A DNA stretch of 56,117 bases from a bacterium (GCA_013360215.1 JABWCP010000021.1:1-56117); one strand, 5' to 3'; positions 43,706 to 54,096 are shown, numbered from the stretch's first letter. Translations and numbers: made by a program. The notes: generated by a model not told the origin, from the sequence alone.

Positions 43706-44746
43706 TCAAAAACCCATAGTATGAAATTCGCGTTTCTTCTTCAAGAAGTAATCCGCTACGATGCTGCGAGGGTATATGAGATGAGCGAAAGAGGTTTCGT
43801 CGGTTTTATGAAGATTTTTGGCGAACTTACGTTTACTGGACAATGAAATACAATGCGCGTAAATCCAAAAATGCGCTTTGAGAACAGCCCACATACGGAG
43901 CGGCTCACCGCGAAAAAGGCTTTGGATGGCCGCGATACCGTCCAGAACAAAACGAAAAAGTAGGGTTCGCCAGAAACCGCGCCGAGGTAAATTTTTGATC
44001 AATACGACAAGGCTGTTGCGGTGATTCCAATACAACTTGCGCAGATTGGCCGCAGGCAGAGAAGCGCTGACGTAATGATATATCCGGCTTTGAGGGATAA
44101 CCTGTATGCGATAACCCGCCCAATGCAATCGCCAGCATAAATCAATCTCTTCAAAGTGCATAAAAAAGTCTTCATCCAGTAAGCCGATTTCATCCAGCGC
44201 CGAACGGCGTAAAAACAAAGCCGCACCACTGGCCCAGAAAATATCCCGCACGTCATCGTATTGTCCGTGATCCTTTTCGATGGTATCAAATATCCGGCCG
44301 CGTAAAAAGGGATATCCCCAGGGATCAATAAAACCACCGCTGGCCCCGGCGTATTCAAAAAAACCTTTGTTGATCATGGATTGCAATTTGGGCTGGAGTG
44401 CGGCAATCGATGCATCGGCCTCGGCAGCGTTGACCAAATGCGTGAGCCAATCCGGATCGGCTTCGACGTCGTTATTGAGGAGTACCACGTAGGCGCCTTT
44501 ACTTTGAAGGATCCCGACGTTATTGCCGCCCGTATAGCCGAGATTGGCACCTGTTTCTATGATGCGAACCCAGGGAAATTTTTCGCGTGTGTAAGATACG
44601 CTGTCGTCGCTGGATGCATTATCCACCATGATCCATTCGACATGGGGATATGTAGTACGCCGGAGCGATTCGAAAAGCGTGTCGGTGAAGCGACGGCCAT
44701 TATAGTTGAGGATAACGACGGAGACAAGCGGAGATGCGGGTAACAT
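43706..44746 (-). CDS. Family 2 glycosyltransferase (rhamnosyltransferase-like)
   Basis: VILNYNG, VDNASSDDS, NLGYTGGNN, LLNND, FEYAGASGG..GYPF.RGRIF, EEIDLCWR. Confidence 0.92.
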   Translation of the reverse strand: MLPASPLVSVVILNYNGRRFTDTLFESLRRTTYPHVEWIMVDNASSDDSVSYTREKFPWVRIIETGANLGYTGGNNVGILQSKGAYVVLLNNDVEADPDWLTHLVNAAEADASIAALQPKLQSMINKGFFEYAGASGGFIDPWGYPFLRGRIFDTIEKDHGQYDDVRDIFWASGAALFLRRSALDEIGLLDEDFFMHFEEIDLCWRLHWAGYRIQVIPQSRIYHYVSASLPAANLRKLYWNHRNSLVVLIKNLPRRGFWRTLLFRFVLDGIAAIQSLFRGEPLRMWAVLKAHFWIYAHCISLSSKRKFAKNLHKTDETSFAHLIYPRSIVADYFLKKKREFHTMGF

Positions 44747-44749
44747 GGA

Positions 44750-46183
44750 TCAGAATGCCGGTTCAACGTCGTGAGAAGATGGCGGCGGTACGATGCCCGC
44801 ATGCGCCGTATCCATCGGAACAAATTTGGTAAACTTGCGCGCCCATCCGAGTTTGGCCGTGTCGGTCGGACCGTTGCGGTGTTTGGCGATGATAATCTCG
44901 GCTTCCGTAACCATGGATTGATTGAAGGAATCTTGTGCCGTATTGTAATAATCTTCACGATGGATGAACATAACGACGTCCGCATCCTGTTCGATAGAAC
45001 CCGAATCGCGCAAATCGGAAAGTTGCGGGCGCTTGTCCCCTCCGCGTTGCTCGACAGCGCGCGAAAGCTGTGAAAGGGCAATCACGGGTATGGATAATTC
45101 TTTTGCCAACGCTTTCAGCGAACGGGAGATCAAGGCCACCTCTTCCTGACGATTGGCACCCGAACGCACCGACGCATTGATCAGCTGGAGATAATCGATA
45201 ATAAGAAGTTCGACATTATGTTCTGCTTTGAGACGTCGTGCCCGCGCACGCAAATCAAGAATGTTGAGACCGGCCGTTTCGTCAATAAAGATATTCGCCT
45301 TATGCAGATTATTGACACTCGTATGCAGTTTGCGGTAGTCCTTATCCGGCAAATTGCCGCTACGCAAGCGTTGAGCGTCCACTTCTGCTTCCGCGCAAAG
45401 CAAACGCGTCACAAGATCGGTCGAAGACATTTCGAGCGAAAAAATACCTACGGCTTTTTGATGCAAAACCGCCGCATGGCGGGCGACATTGAGTACCAGG
45501 GCCGTTTTTCCCATACCGGGCCGCGCGGCAACGATGATCAGATTGGAAGCTTGAAAACCGTTGGTGATATGGTCAATACTTTGAAAACCTGACGGAACGC
45601 CGGTCAGTCCCCCCGGGCGATTGTAATAATTATCCATTTGCTCAAAAGCATCGTGTAAGATCGCATTGAGCGGGCGAAACTGTTGGCTGGCCTTATCCTG
45701 AGCGATATCAAAAATTTGTTTTTCGACGGTGTCAATCAGTGTATCCACGTCTTCGGTTTCCTGAAACGCCATATTGACGATTTGTCCGCCGACAGTAATC
45801 AGTTTACGTAAACGGGATTTATCAAGAACGATTTTGGTGTAGGTAGCAATATTGGAGGCGCTGGGCACTTTATTGGTCAAACCTGTAATAAAGTATGCTC
45901 CGCCGATGCGTTCCAGTTGGTTGGAGCGTCGAAGTTCCTCGGTTACGGTAAGCGCATCGATCGGCTCGCTCCGCAGATACAATGTTTTCATCACGCCGTA
46001 GATGATGCGGTGGGATTCTTTGTAGAAACAGGATTCATCCAAAAAATCCATGATCGAGGTAAATGCCGTTTCATCAATCAAAATGGCGCCGAGAATAGCT
46101 TCTTCGACTTCCGTGGCCTGCGGTGGTACGCGCCCGGGGTAGTCGAGAATTTTACCGTTGATTTGGTCTTCCTGTACGGACAT
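44750..46183 (-). CDS. dnaB: Replicative DNA helicase
   Basis: PPQATEVEEAILGA, AARPGMGKT, FSLEMS, IDYLQL, LSQLSR, SDLRDSGSIEQDAD, AKHRNGPT; no intein. Confidence 0.98.
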   Translation of the reverse strand: MSVQEDQINGKILDYPGRVPPQATEVEEAILGAILIDETAFTSIMDFLDESCFYKESHRIIYGVMKTLYLRSEPIDALTVTEELRRSNQLERIGGAYFITGLTNKVPSASNIATYTKIVLDKSRLRKLITVGGQIVNMAFQETEDVDTLIDTVEKQIFDIAQDKASQQFRPLNAILHDAFEQMDNYYNRPGGLTGVPSGFQSIDHITNGFQASNLIIVAARPGMGKTALVLNVARHAAVLHQKAVGIFSLEMSSTDLVTRLLCAEAEVDAQRLRSGNLPDKDYRKLHTSVNNLHKANIFIDETAGLNILDLRARARRLKAEHNVELLIIDYLQLINASVRSGANRQEEVALISRSLKALAKELSIPVIALSQLSRAVEQRGGDKRPQLSDLRDSGSIEQDADVVMFIHREDYYNTAQDSFNQSMVTEAEIIIAKHRNGPTDTAKLGWARKFTKFVPMDTAHAGIVPPPSSHDVEPAF

Positions 46184-46279
46184 GTTTTTTATAAAAAATG
46201 GTTAGATGACTCAATTAATAACAGCAAAACTCAGTCTAAATCTTAGTTTTGCGGGGAATGAAGTTAATCAAAAAATGGA

Positions 46280-47023
46280 CTATTGCAAGTCCGTATCGCC
46301 GTTTGATTTGAATTTTTCGAGCAGCTCGTTGATCGTCGTTTTATTGAGATCAAACGCTTGATCGTTGGAGGCTTGCTTCATCGCGGAGACCACGTCGCTC
46401 AGAAGATTGATCGTACGGGAAATGCGACGGCATCCTATGGAGGCCACATCGATCAGTTTGCGTACTTGTTCGACGTCGGCGGGATCGGTGAGCTGCGCAC
46501 GTCCTGAAATCGGCGCGATGGCATTATTGATATGATGGGAAATCGCGATCAATGTTTGTTCCAAGGTACGAATGCGTTCGATTTCTTTTTCACGGTTGGT
46601 CAGAGCCAGACGAAGTTCGCGAAGTTTGAGCAGAGACGCGATTTGAGCGCGGAGTTCGGTAAGGTTGTACGGTTTGGTCAGATACGCATCCGCGCCTTTT
46701 TCCAGGCCGGTGAGTTTATCACTCAATTCGACTTTGGCCGTAACAAGCACGATCGGTGTCATTTTGATCGTATCATCGCTGCGAATGGCTTCGCACAGTT
46801 TGTAGCCGTCCATTTTGGGCATCATGACGTCGCTCAACACGATATCATGGTGATGTTGCCGTAAAATAGACAAACCTTCTTCGCCATCGCCCGCTACATC
46901 AACTTCAAATTTTTCTTTGATAAAATACAAACGAAGGATTTTTATCGTATCGGGGTCGTCTTCGACGATCAATATCCGGTTACTGCGCGGAAAAGGTGAT
47001 CCCTTAGTACCTTCAGAGTTCAT
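46280..47023 (-). CDS. Response regulator: receiver domain plus coiled coil and HisKA-like helix pair
   Basis: ILIVEDD, SDVMMPKMDG, GADAYLTKP; then AISHHINNAIAPISGRAQL; no ATPase domain. Confidence 0.88.
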   Translation of the reverse strand: MNSEGTKGSPFPRSNRILIVEDDPDTIKILRLYFIKEKFEVDVAGDGEEGLSILRQHHHDIVLSDVMMPKMDGYKLCEAIRSDDTIKMTPIVLVTAKVELSDKLTGLEKGADAYLTKPYNLTELRAQIASLLKLRELRLALTNREKEIERIRTLEQTLIAISHHINNAIAPISGRAQLTDPADVEQVRKLIDVASIGCRRISRTINLLSDVVSAMKQASNDQAFDLNKTTINELLEKFKSNGDTDLQ

Positions 47024-47163
47024 GCAAGCCCGATAAAATTGACTTTTGAGGAAATTGTTTATACTTTGATTTTCAATTGTGCGCCCTATGGGGCAGGACA
47101 ACATACTACAGAAAATTACCCATGCGCAAGCCTTTTTTATGCGCAGACGGAGGGAGTAAAAAC

Positions 47164-48513
47164 GTGTACAAACGATCGTCCATATATATATTTTTGAGCC
47201 TCATTTTGTTGTTAAACGGATGCGTGCCGCAGTACGGTGAACTCAAGTTGCCGCCACGCCATATTATTATAAAATACTGTTGGGAAACATTTGAGCTTGG
47301 TCTTAAAGACAAAAATGATTTTGTCAAAACGTCCACGCTGACGACTTTGGGACGCATCGGCTCGGCATCAGCGGCGGAAACCATCGCATCGGCAGATCTC
47401 GGTGTGAAACCGCAAGTGACGCGCACAGCCGTTGCAACGCTGGCGCAGATGCACGACAGTGCGGCATTTCAAGCCTTGCTTCGGTTCCGTGGTCATTCTG
47501 ATTTTTTTGTGCGCGAAAATGTCGCGATGGGTATGGTACGCATGCGGGATTTGTACGGTGACACCTTAGTGGCCCGCGTACTCAAGCGTATGCATCTATA
47601 CGTGGATTCGATCGAAAGCGATACGATGTTCTACGAAAAATCCGAGATTCAGCAAGAGCGGCGTGAAATCAAAACCAAACTGGCCATTGCTATTTCATCG
47701 GTTGATCCGCGATTCCCTGATCCTCAGATTGCGCTTGCCTACCGCGATGCACCCTTGGCGGCGCGTGTCGCATTGGTTAATTTTATCGGCGCCGTCAAGC
47801 CACCCAATGCACTGACATGGCTGAGCCCATTTATGATGGATTCTTCCACCTACGTACGTTCCAAAACAGCCGAGGCATTAGGAAAAATCGCCTCACCGCA
47901 AGCCTATGATATGCTGCGGGGTATGTTGCGAACGCAACGACGTGAAGAAGTCGTTGTCAACGCGGCGATCGCTTTGATGCCGGCCGACGAAGTGCGCGCC
48001 GTCGAAGTTTTGATACAGGCAATGGATACCTATGATGAAGATACGCAGAGTAATATCTTACTTGCTCTCGGCGAAGCTAAATTACCTGAATCCCGCGCTA
48101 AAATTTTGCCGTTGGTAAAATCGGCCGTTACCGGTAAAGGCGATTGGGTGCGGGTCGGTGCCATCGGTGCTTTGGGATTGATCAAAGATACGACTACACT
48201 GCCGCTCATCGAAGCGGCGCTGGAAGATCCGGTGGACGAAGTCCGCGAAATTGCCGTCGGGGTTTTGGCTCAGATGAAAGGCGAAACAATGGTGGATCGG
48301 CTCAAAGCCTGGGCAAAAGACGATCAGTACTCCATGCGTTCCGTCGCGCTCGCCGGATTAGGTTCCCTGCGCGATCCCGTCATGGTCGAAAAAACCGTAT
48401 ATCCGGTTTTGTATAATACCATGAAGTTTGATCCGGAAATGATGGTCCGAGTGCGGGCCGCGTTTACATTGCTTAATATCATCAATGATCGTAAGTACAC
48501 CAAAGGAATTTGA
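47164..48513 (+). CDS. HEAT-repeat lipoprotein
   Basis: GGAG RBS and GTG start; lipobox LNGC; repeated D...VR..AA.ALG units. Confidence 0.8.
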   Translation: MYKRSSIYIFLSLILLLNGCVPQYGELKLPPRHIIIKYCWETFELGLKDKNDFVKTSTLTTLGRIGSASAAETIASADLGVKPQVTRTAVATLAQMHDSAAFQALLRFRGHSDFFVRENVAMGMVRMRDLYGDTLVARVLKRMHLYVDSIESDTMFYEKSEIQQERREIKTKLAIAISSVDPRFPDPQIALAYRDAPLAARVALVNFIGAVKPPNALTWLSPFMMDSSTYVRSKTAEALGKIASPQAYDMLRGMLRTQRREEVVVNAAIALMPADEVRAVEVLIQAMDTYDEDTQSNILLALGEAKLPESRAKILPLVKSAVTGKGDWVRVGAIGALGLIKDTTTLPLIEAALEDPVDEVREIAVGVLAQMKGETMVDRLKAWAKDDQYSMRSVALAGLGSLRDPVMVEKTVYPVLYNTMKFDPEMMVRVRAAFTLLNIINDRKYTKGI

Positions 48514-48554
48514 AGCTAAGTATTGCTAACCTAACAAGGAGCTAATCAACGCAT

Positions 48555-51335
48555 ATGCGTCGTTTGTCCACTATCCTTTTCGTATTGATACTCGGCTACT
48601 ATGCCGTATCCAGTTACGTCAGTTTTTACAGCGAGCTGTTGTGGTTTCAGTCCATGGGGTATGAAGAAGCCTTTTGGCGAATGTATATGACTGAATATAT
48701 TGTCGGTGCGGTATACTTCGCGATATTTTGGCTTGTGATCGGCGTCAATATATGGATCGCTTCCCGAATGGAGGCCGTGTACGTTTCACCGACCGGCGGT
48801 GTGTATCAACAACCCTTCAATCTTGTTGCGAAACCTGCCAAAACAATATTTTTCGGCATTTTGATCTTTGTAAGTTATATCATGTCCAGTGCGCCGGCCG
48901 CCAAGTGGATGCGCATTTTGCAATACATGCATAGTGAAAGCTTCGGTACGGCGGACAGTGTGTTTCAAAAAGACATCGGTTATTATATTTACCAACTGCC
49001 ATTTTATCAGAGTATCGTATCATGGTTGTATGGCGTGGTGATCGTCGCGATGATCGCTGTGCTGGCTACGTATCTTTACCGTAAAGCGATTTATATCGAA
49101 CCGCAAGGAATTCGCCTCGCGGATGTCGTGAAACGCCATCTGATGATACTGGGCGCCATGTTGCTTTTGATCTACGCCGTGGATAATTATTTTTCGGCGT
49201 ACAATATCCTTTACAAAGATAACGGAACGGTAGTCGGCGCATCGTATACGGATGTGCATGCCGTTCTGCTTGGTTACCGTGTGATGATTGCCGTCGCCAT
49301 ACTTGGTGCGATCGCCGCATTATGGGGCGCTGTCAAAGCGACGTGGCGGTTTGCGGTGATCGGCGGCGTTGCCCAATTTGCCGTCGGCTTTGTCATGCTC
49401 AACGTGTATCCCGGGCTGATTCATCGTTTTGTGGTCACCCCCAACGCGCTCGAAAAAGAAAAACCTTATATCGAAGAAAATATTCGCCAAACGCGTCGCG
49501 CCTACGAATTGGATAAAATTACCGAACAGGATTTTAACTACGAATTATCGCTCAAAGCGTCCGATTTGAAAGCCAATTCCTCCACGATCAAAAATATCAC
49601 GTTGTGGGATTATCGTCCGATCAAAGATTCGTATTCGCAGCTTCAGGAGATACGTCCGTATTACAATTTTTATGACGTGGACATTGATCGCTACATGATC
49701 AACGGCGAATACCGTCAGGTCATGTTGGCCGGACGTGAAATGAATCTCGACAAAATCGGTTCCAGTGAAAATTGGATCAATAAGACCTTTATCTACACCC
49801 ACGGCCACGGTATCGTCATGAGTCCGGTCAACGTCGTTACACAAGAAGGTCAGCCGGAGTTTTTCATCAAAAATATTCCGCCGGAATTAGCGGTGAATAT
49901 CAAAATAGATCGCCCGGAAATTTATTTCGGTGAACTGATGAACGAATCGGATTACGTGATCGTCAAAACTTCGAAAGAAGAATTTGACTATCCTTTGGGC
50001 GAATCCAATCAGCATACGATGTACAAGGAAGAATCCGGTGTAAGTATCGGCAGCTTTGCCCGTAAGATGCTTTTTGCGATTCGTTTTAACAAATTTAATC
50101 TCCTGCTGAACGACTATATTCAGGCGCAAAGTAAAGTATTATACTATCGTAATATCCGCGATCGCGTCGAAAAAATCGCGCCGTATATCCGGTGGGATCG
50201 CGATCCGTACCTCGTGGCGGAGAACGGACGACTTTACTGGATGATGGATGGATATACGATCACGGATCAATACCCGTACTCAGCTATGTCGGAAGAAAGA
50301 GTGGGTTCCGGGGCTTTTGCACGCAAACGCTATTTCAATTATATCCGCAATTCCGTCAAAGTCGTGATTGATGCGTACAACGGCAAAACCGATCTGTATG
50401 CATTTCAACCCGACAGCGATCCGCTGATCCGTGTTTACGGAAAAATGTTCAAAGGGGTGTTCAAAGAGTACGCTACCATGCCGGACGAACTCAAAAAACA
50501 CGTGCGTTATCCGCAGGATTTGTTTGACATTCAGGCGTCCCATTTCGCATCGTATCACGTGTCGGATGCCAATGTGTTTTTTAATAAAGAAGACGTGTGG
50601 CATGTCGCTCAGGAAAAATACGGCGATGATGTGCAGACCATGGAGAGTTATTACATGATCATGCGCCTGCCGGGCGAAACTAAAGAAGAGTTTATCACGT
50701 TGTTGCCTTTTACGCCCAATAACAAATCCAATATGATCGCCTGGTTTTGTGTACGCAGTGACGGGGACAATTACGGAAAACTTCTGGTGTACCGTTTTCC
50801 CAAAACGGAACTGGTGTACGGTCCTATGCAGGTCGAAAGCCGTATAGATCAAACGCCTGAGATTTCAGAAAAACTTACGCTGTGGAATCAGCAAGGTTCA
50901 CGGGTGACGCGCGGCAATATGCTCGTTGTTCCGATCAATAATTCGCTGCTCTACGTCGAACCGCTGTATCTGCAGTCCAATCAAAGCCGTCTGCCGGAAC
51001 TGAAAAAAGTCATCGTGGCCTACGGCAACAGTATTTTTATGGAAGACAATCTGGAAATCGGATTGGAAAAAATTTTCGGTGGCAATTACGGCGACTTCGG
51101 AACTTCGAGTACCGTGGCACCGATGTCTGAGAATAAAGCAACGACCGATAACGTATCAAGCAGCTTGTCGTCGGATCAATCGCGGGCTCTGCGTGAACTT
51201 TCACGCTCGGCGATGCAAAATTATAATAACGCACAAGATGCGCTCAAACGCGGTGATTGGGCTAAGTATGGCGAATTCCTTGAGCGCCTCAAGCGTGATT
51301 TGGATAAACTCAACGAACAAAGTCAAAAATTCTAA
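48555..51335 (+). CDS. UPF0182 family membrane protein
   Basis: LLWFQSMGY, KDIGYYIYQLPF, GASYTDVHA, EKPYIEENIRQTRRAY, QLQEIRPYY, YTHGHG, PEIYFGE, NYIRNSVKVVIDAYNG, HVRYP.DLF, YVEPLY. Confidence 0.93.
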   Translation: MRRLSTILFVLILGYYAVSSYVSFYSELLWFQSMGYEEAFWRMYMTEYIVGAVYFAIFWLVIGVNIWIASRMEAVYVSPTGGVYQQPFNLVAKPAKTIFFGILIFVSYIMSSAPAAKWMRILQYMHSESFGTADSVFQKDIGYYIYQLPFYQSIVSWLYGVVIVAMIAVLATYLYRKAIYIEPQGIRLADVVKRHLMILGAMLLLIYAVDNYFSAYNILYKDNGTVVGASYTDVHAVLLGYRVMIAVAILGAIAALWGAVKATWRFAVIGGVAQFAVGFVMLNVYPGLIHRFVVTPNALEKEKPYIEENIRQTRRAYELDKITEQDFNYELSLKASDLKANSSTIKNITLWDYRPIKDSYSQLQEIRPYYNFYDVDIDRYMINGEYRQVMLAGREMNLDKIGSSENWINKTFIYTHGHGIVMSPVNVVTQEGQPEFFIKNIPPELAVNIKIDRPEIYFGELMNESDYVIVKTSKEEFDYPLGESNQHTMYKEESGVSIGSFARKMLFAIRFNKFNLLLNDYIQAQSKVLYYRNIRDRVEKIAPYIRWDRDPYLVAENGRLYWMMDGYTITDQYPYSAMSEERVGSGAFARKRYFNYIRNSVKVVIDAYNGKTDLYAFQPDSDPLIRVYGKMFKGVFKEYATMPDELKKHVRYPQDLFDIQASHFASYHVSDANVFFNKEDVWHVAQEKYGDDVQTMESYYMIMRLPGETKEEFITLLPFTPNNKSNMIAWFCVRSDGDNYGKLLVYRFPKTELVYGPMQVESRIDQTPEISEKLTLWNQQGSRVTRGNMLVVPINNSLLYVEPLYLQSNQSRLPELKKVIVAYGNSIFMEDNLEIGLEKIFGGNYGDFGTSSTVAPMSENKATTDNVSSSLSSDQSRALRELSRSAMQNYNNAQDALKRGDWAKYGEFLERLKRDLDKLNEQSQKF

Positions 51336-51829
51336 TGAAGGATAACCGTTTGCAAGCCCAACGTTCATTGCCGCTCAGCAGTTGGCATATTGTATTTCCC
51401 AATGATACCAATCCGCACGGAACGATGTTTGGCGGTAAGGTCATGGCGATCATGGATATTCAGGCCGGCATTGTTGCGACACAATATTGCCATCGCATGG
51501 TGGTGACGGCGTCCACCGAAGCCGTGGATTTTCGCAATCCGGTCAAAGTCGGAGACCGGTTGGAAACAATTGCGCGGGTGGTATATGTCGGTAAAACTTC
51601 GATGGTCGTTCGTATTGACGCCTATGCCGAAAATCCGTTATCCGGAAAACGTAAACATTGTACGACGGCCTATTTTAATATGGTCGCGCTGGATGAAGAC
51701 GGTGCGCCGACGATGATACCGCCGTTGATCGTGGAAACGGATGAGGAAAAACGCGATTTTGAACTGGCCAAACACATCAAAGAGGCGGCGACTGAACGTA
51801 AAAAACGATTTGCCGATACGTCGTTGTGA
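51335..51829 (+). CDS. Hotdog-fold acyl-CoA thioesterase
   Basis: VFPNDTNPHGTMFGG, VVTAS...VDF, GKTSM. Confidence 0.92.
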   Translation: MKDNRLQAQRSLPLSSWHIVFPNDTNPHGTMFGGKVMAIMDIQAGIVATQYCHRMVVTASTEAVDFRNPVKVGDRLETIARVVYVGKTSMVVRIDAYAENPLSGKRKHCTTAYFNMVALDEDGAPTMIPPLIVETDEEKRDFELAKHIKEAATERKKRFADTSL

Positions 51830-51888
51830 TGCGCGATGTATAGTATTGATTGTATCAAAAAATAATTTATAAAAAAAAGTTATAGCCC

Positions 51889-52710
51889 ATGATTCCTACA
51901 TTATTTGAAATACCGATCTTCGGTGGCATTCCCATTCACAGCTTCGGGCTTATGATGGCGGCGGCTTTCCTTACTTCCAGTTTTGTGCTGCGGCGGTTGT
52001 TCAAAAATGCCGGATATTCCGAAGAATTGTCGGAAAAAATCATTCTTGTCGCGGCGATTGCCGGTTTAGCCGGTTCCAAATTGTATTATCTTTTTTTTGA
52101 AGCGTTTGAACGTTTTAAAAAATATCCGATGGAGATGTTGTTTAGCGGCGCGGGACTTACCTGGTATGGCGGTTTTGTTTTAGCGACGATAAGCATTATC
52201 TATTTGTTAAAGAAAAATAAAATCCCCGTCTTGCGCGGCGTGGATCTTATAGCGATCCCGCTACCGCTTGGTTATGGTATCGGCCGTATCGGATGCCATC
52301 TTTCGGGCGACGGCGATTACGGTTTGCCGTGGGACGGGCCTTGGGCTACAAATTATTCGCGCGGTGTCGTTCCGCCTTCTCAGGCCTTTCACGGCTCGGA
52401 GATCGCTCGTCAATATCCGAACGGGATCGTTCCGGATAATACGCTTTGCCACCCGACGCCGTTGTATGAAACGTTGATTTCAACGGGAATTTTTTTGATC
52501 CTGTGGCATATGAGTAAACGTAAATTGCCTGCGGGTTCCATCATTTCGCTTTATCTCATGCTTGCCGGTATGGAGCGTTTTTTTATCGAATTTATGCGTC
52601 TCAATCCTAAAGTGGCGTTTGGCCTGAGCGGCGCGCAATTGATCAGTGTGGTGATGATTACAGCCGGTGCGGGTTCGCTGGCTTATTTGTGGAAGCGTGC
52701 AACGGCATGA
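51889..52710 (+). CDS. lgt: Prolipoprotein diacylglyceryl transferase
   Basis: GLTWYGG, GRIGC..GDGDYG, HPTPLYE, RFFIEFMR. Confidence 0.92.
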   Translation: MIPTLFEIPIFGGIPIHSFGLMMAAAFLTSSFVLRRLFKNAGYSEELSEKIILVAAIAGLAGSKLYYLFFEAFERFKKYPMEMLFSGAGLTWYGGFVLATISIIYLLKKNKIPVLRGVDLIAIPLPLGYGIGRIGCHLSGDGDYGLPWDGPWATNYSRGVVPPSQAFHGSEIARQYPNGIVPDNTLCHPTPLYETLISTGIFLILWHMSKRKLPAGSIISLYLMLAGMERFFIEFMRLNPKVAFGLSGAQLISVVMITAGAGSLAYLWKRATA

Positions 52711-53387
52711 TACGGTTTGTTTATGTTTTATTTTTGATCTTAGTGTTAAACGATACCGTATCGGCGCAGGCCAATGGGAAAATCGCGTCATCTCGTTTTA
52801 CGATCGCGCGTCTCAAATACGGCGGTGGCGGGGATTGGTATGGCAATAAAAACGCATTGAATCACCTGCTGCGTTATTTGAGTGATAATACCAATATTGC
52901 CGTTGAAAAAACGGAAACCTACGTGGATCCGTCGGATATCCGGCTTTTTGATTATACCTTTTTGTATATGGCCGGTCACGGCAACGTCAAATTCAGCGAT
53001 GATGATGTTCGCCAATTGCGTCGTTTTCTGACCGGCGGCGGCTTTCTTTGGTGCGATGATGATTATGGTATTGATCCGTATTTTCGGCGTGAGATGAAGC
53101 GTGTGTTTCCGGAACTTGATTTTACACTGATTCCTTTTTCACATCCGATTTATTCGATCGGATCACGGTTCCCCAATGGTATGCCGAAAATACACGAACA
53201 CGATGGGGGCCCTCCGCAAGGTTACGGATTGTTTTGGAAAGGGCGATTAATTTGTTTTTATTCTAAAAATACGGATATCAGCGACGGCCTCGAAGGGCCG
53301 GAAGTATTTCCCGAAGACCATCCTGAAAAACAAGCGGAGGCACTTCGGTTTGCGGCGAATATTGTAATGTATGCCTTAAGTTACTGA
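52707..53387 (+). CDS. DUF4159 domain exported protein
   Basis: Signal peptide; IARLKYGGGGDWY, YMAGHGNV, GGFLWCDDDYG, PKIHEHDG. Confidence 0.88.
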   Translation: MIRFVYVLFLILVLNDTVSAQANGKIASSRFTIARLKYGGGGDWYGNKNALNHLLRYLSDNTNIAVEKTETYVDPSDIRLFDYTFLYMAGHGNVKFSDDDVRQLRRFLTGGGFLWCDDDYGIDPYFRREMKRVFPELDFTLIPFSHPIYSIGSRFPNGMPKIHEHDGGPPQGYGLFWKGRLICFYSKNTDISDGLEGPEVFPEDHPEKQAEALRFAANIVMYALSY

Positions 53388-53391
53388 GAAG

Positions 53392-54096
53392 GTGAAGAAT
53401 ATGAAAAATGGTGTCGGTGAAAAAATTCTTGATGCGGCTATGTTGGTGGTTATGCTGGCGGCGCTGTATCTGACATTTATTTGGGTTCCCAATGAAAAGA
53501 CCATGGGTATCATTCAACGCGTGTTTTATTTTCATGTGCCCGCCGCGTGGGTTTCATTTTTAGCGTTTGGTTTTGTTTTTGTCGCGAGCATCATGTATCT
53601 GATCAAGCGGGATGACAAATGGGACGCCATGGCCGTATGTTCGGCAGAAATCGGTTTGCTTTTTTGTACGATCGTATTGGTGACCGGGCCGATTTGGGCT
53701 AAACCGGTGTGGGGCATTTGGTGGACGTGGGATGCGCGCCTGACATTGACGTTGGTACTGTGGCTTATATACCTCGCATACACGATGTTACGGGCATACA
53801 TTGACGATCCGCTCAAGCGGGGACGCCTTTCAGCCGTCGTCGGCATCGTGGGATTTGTAGATGTTCCGCTGGTTTATTTTTCGATTCGCTGGTGGCGCAC
53901 ACAGCATCCGGCACCCGTCATGGCGGGGGGCGAAGGTTCGGGTTTGGCACCGGAAATGCGTTTGGTGTTGATGTTTTGCCTTGCCGCATTTACTCTGCTT
54001 TTTGTGTATTTATTGAATAAACGCCTGAAAATGGAGAAAACCGAACGAGAGCTTGAGTTACTTTATCGTACGGTGCAACGCGACAACCGGATGTAG
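53392..54096 (+). CDS. ccmC: Heme exporter / cytochrome c maturation protein C
   Basis: FYFHVPAAW, TGPIWAKPVWGIWWTWDARLT (WWD motif), SIRWWRTQHP. Confidence 0.92.
   Translation: MKNMKNGVGEKILDAAMLVVMLAALYLTFIWVPNEKTMGIIQRVFYFHVPAAWVSFLAFGFVFVASIMYLIKRDDKWDAMAVCSAEIGLLFCTIVLVTGPIWAKPVWGIWWTWDARLTLTLVLWLIYLAYTMLRAYIDDPLKRGRLSAVVGIVGFVDVPLVYFSIRWWRTQHPAPVMAGGEGSGLAPEMRLVLMFCLAAFTLLFVYLLNKRLKMEKTERELELLYRTVQRDNRM

Noticed and set aside
44750..46183. Intein in dnaB
   Set aside because: Normal length with contiguous helicase motifs
46224..46252. Hairpin GCAAAACT...AGTTTTGC upstream of dnaB
   Set aside because: Imperfect AT-rich stem with no clear U-tail; function cannot be supported
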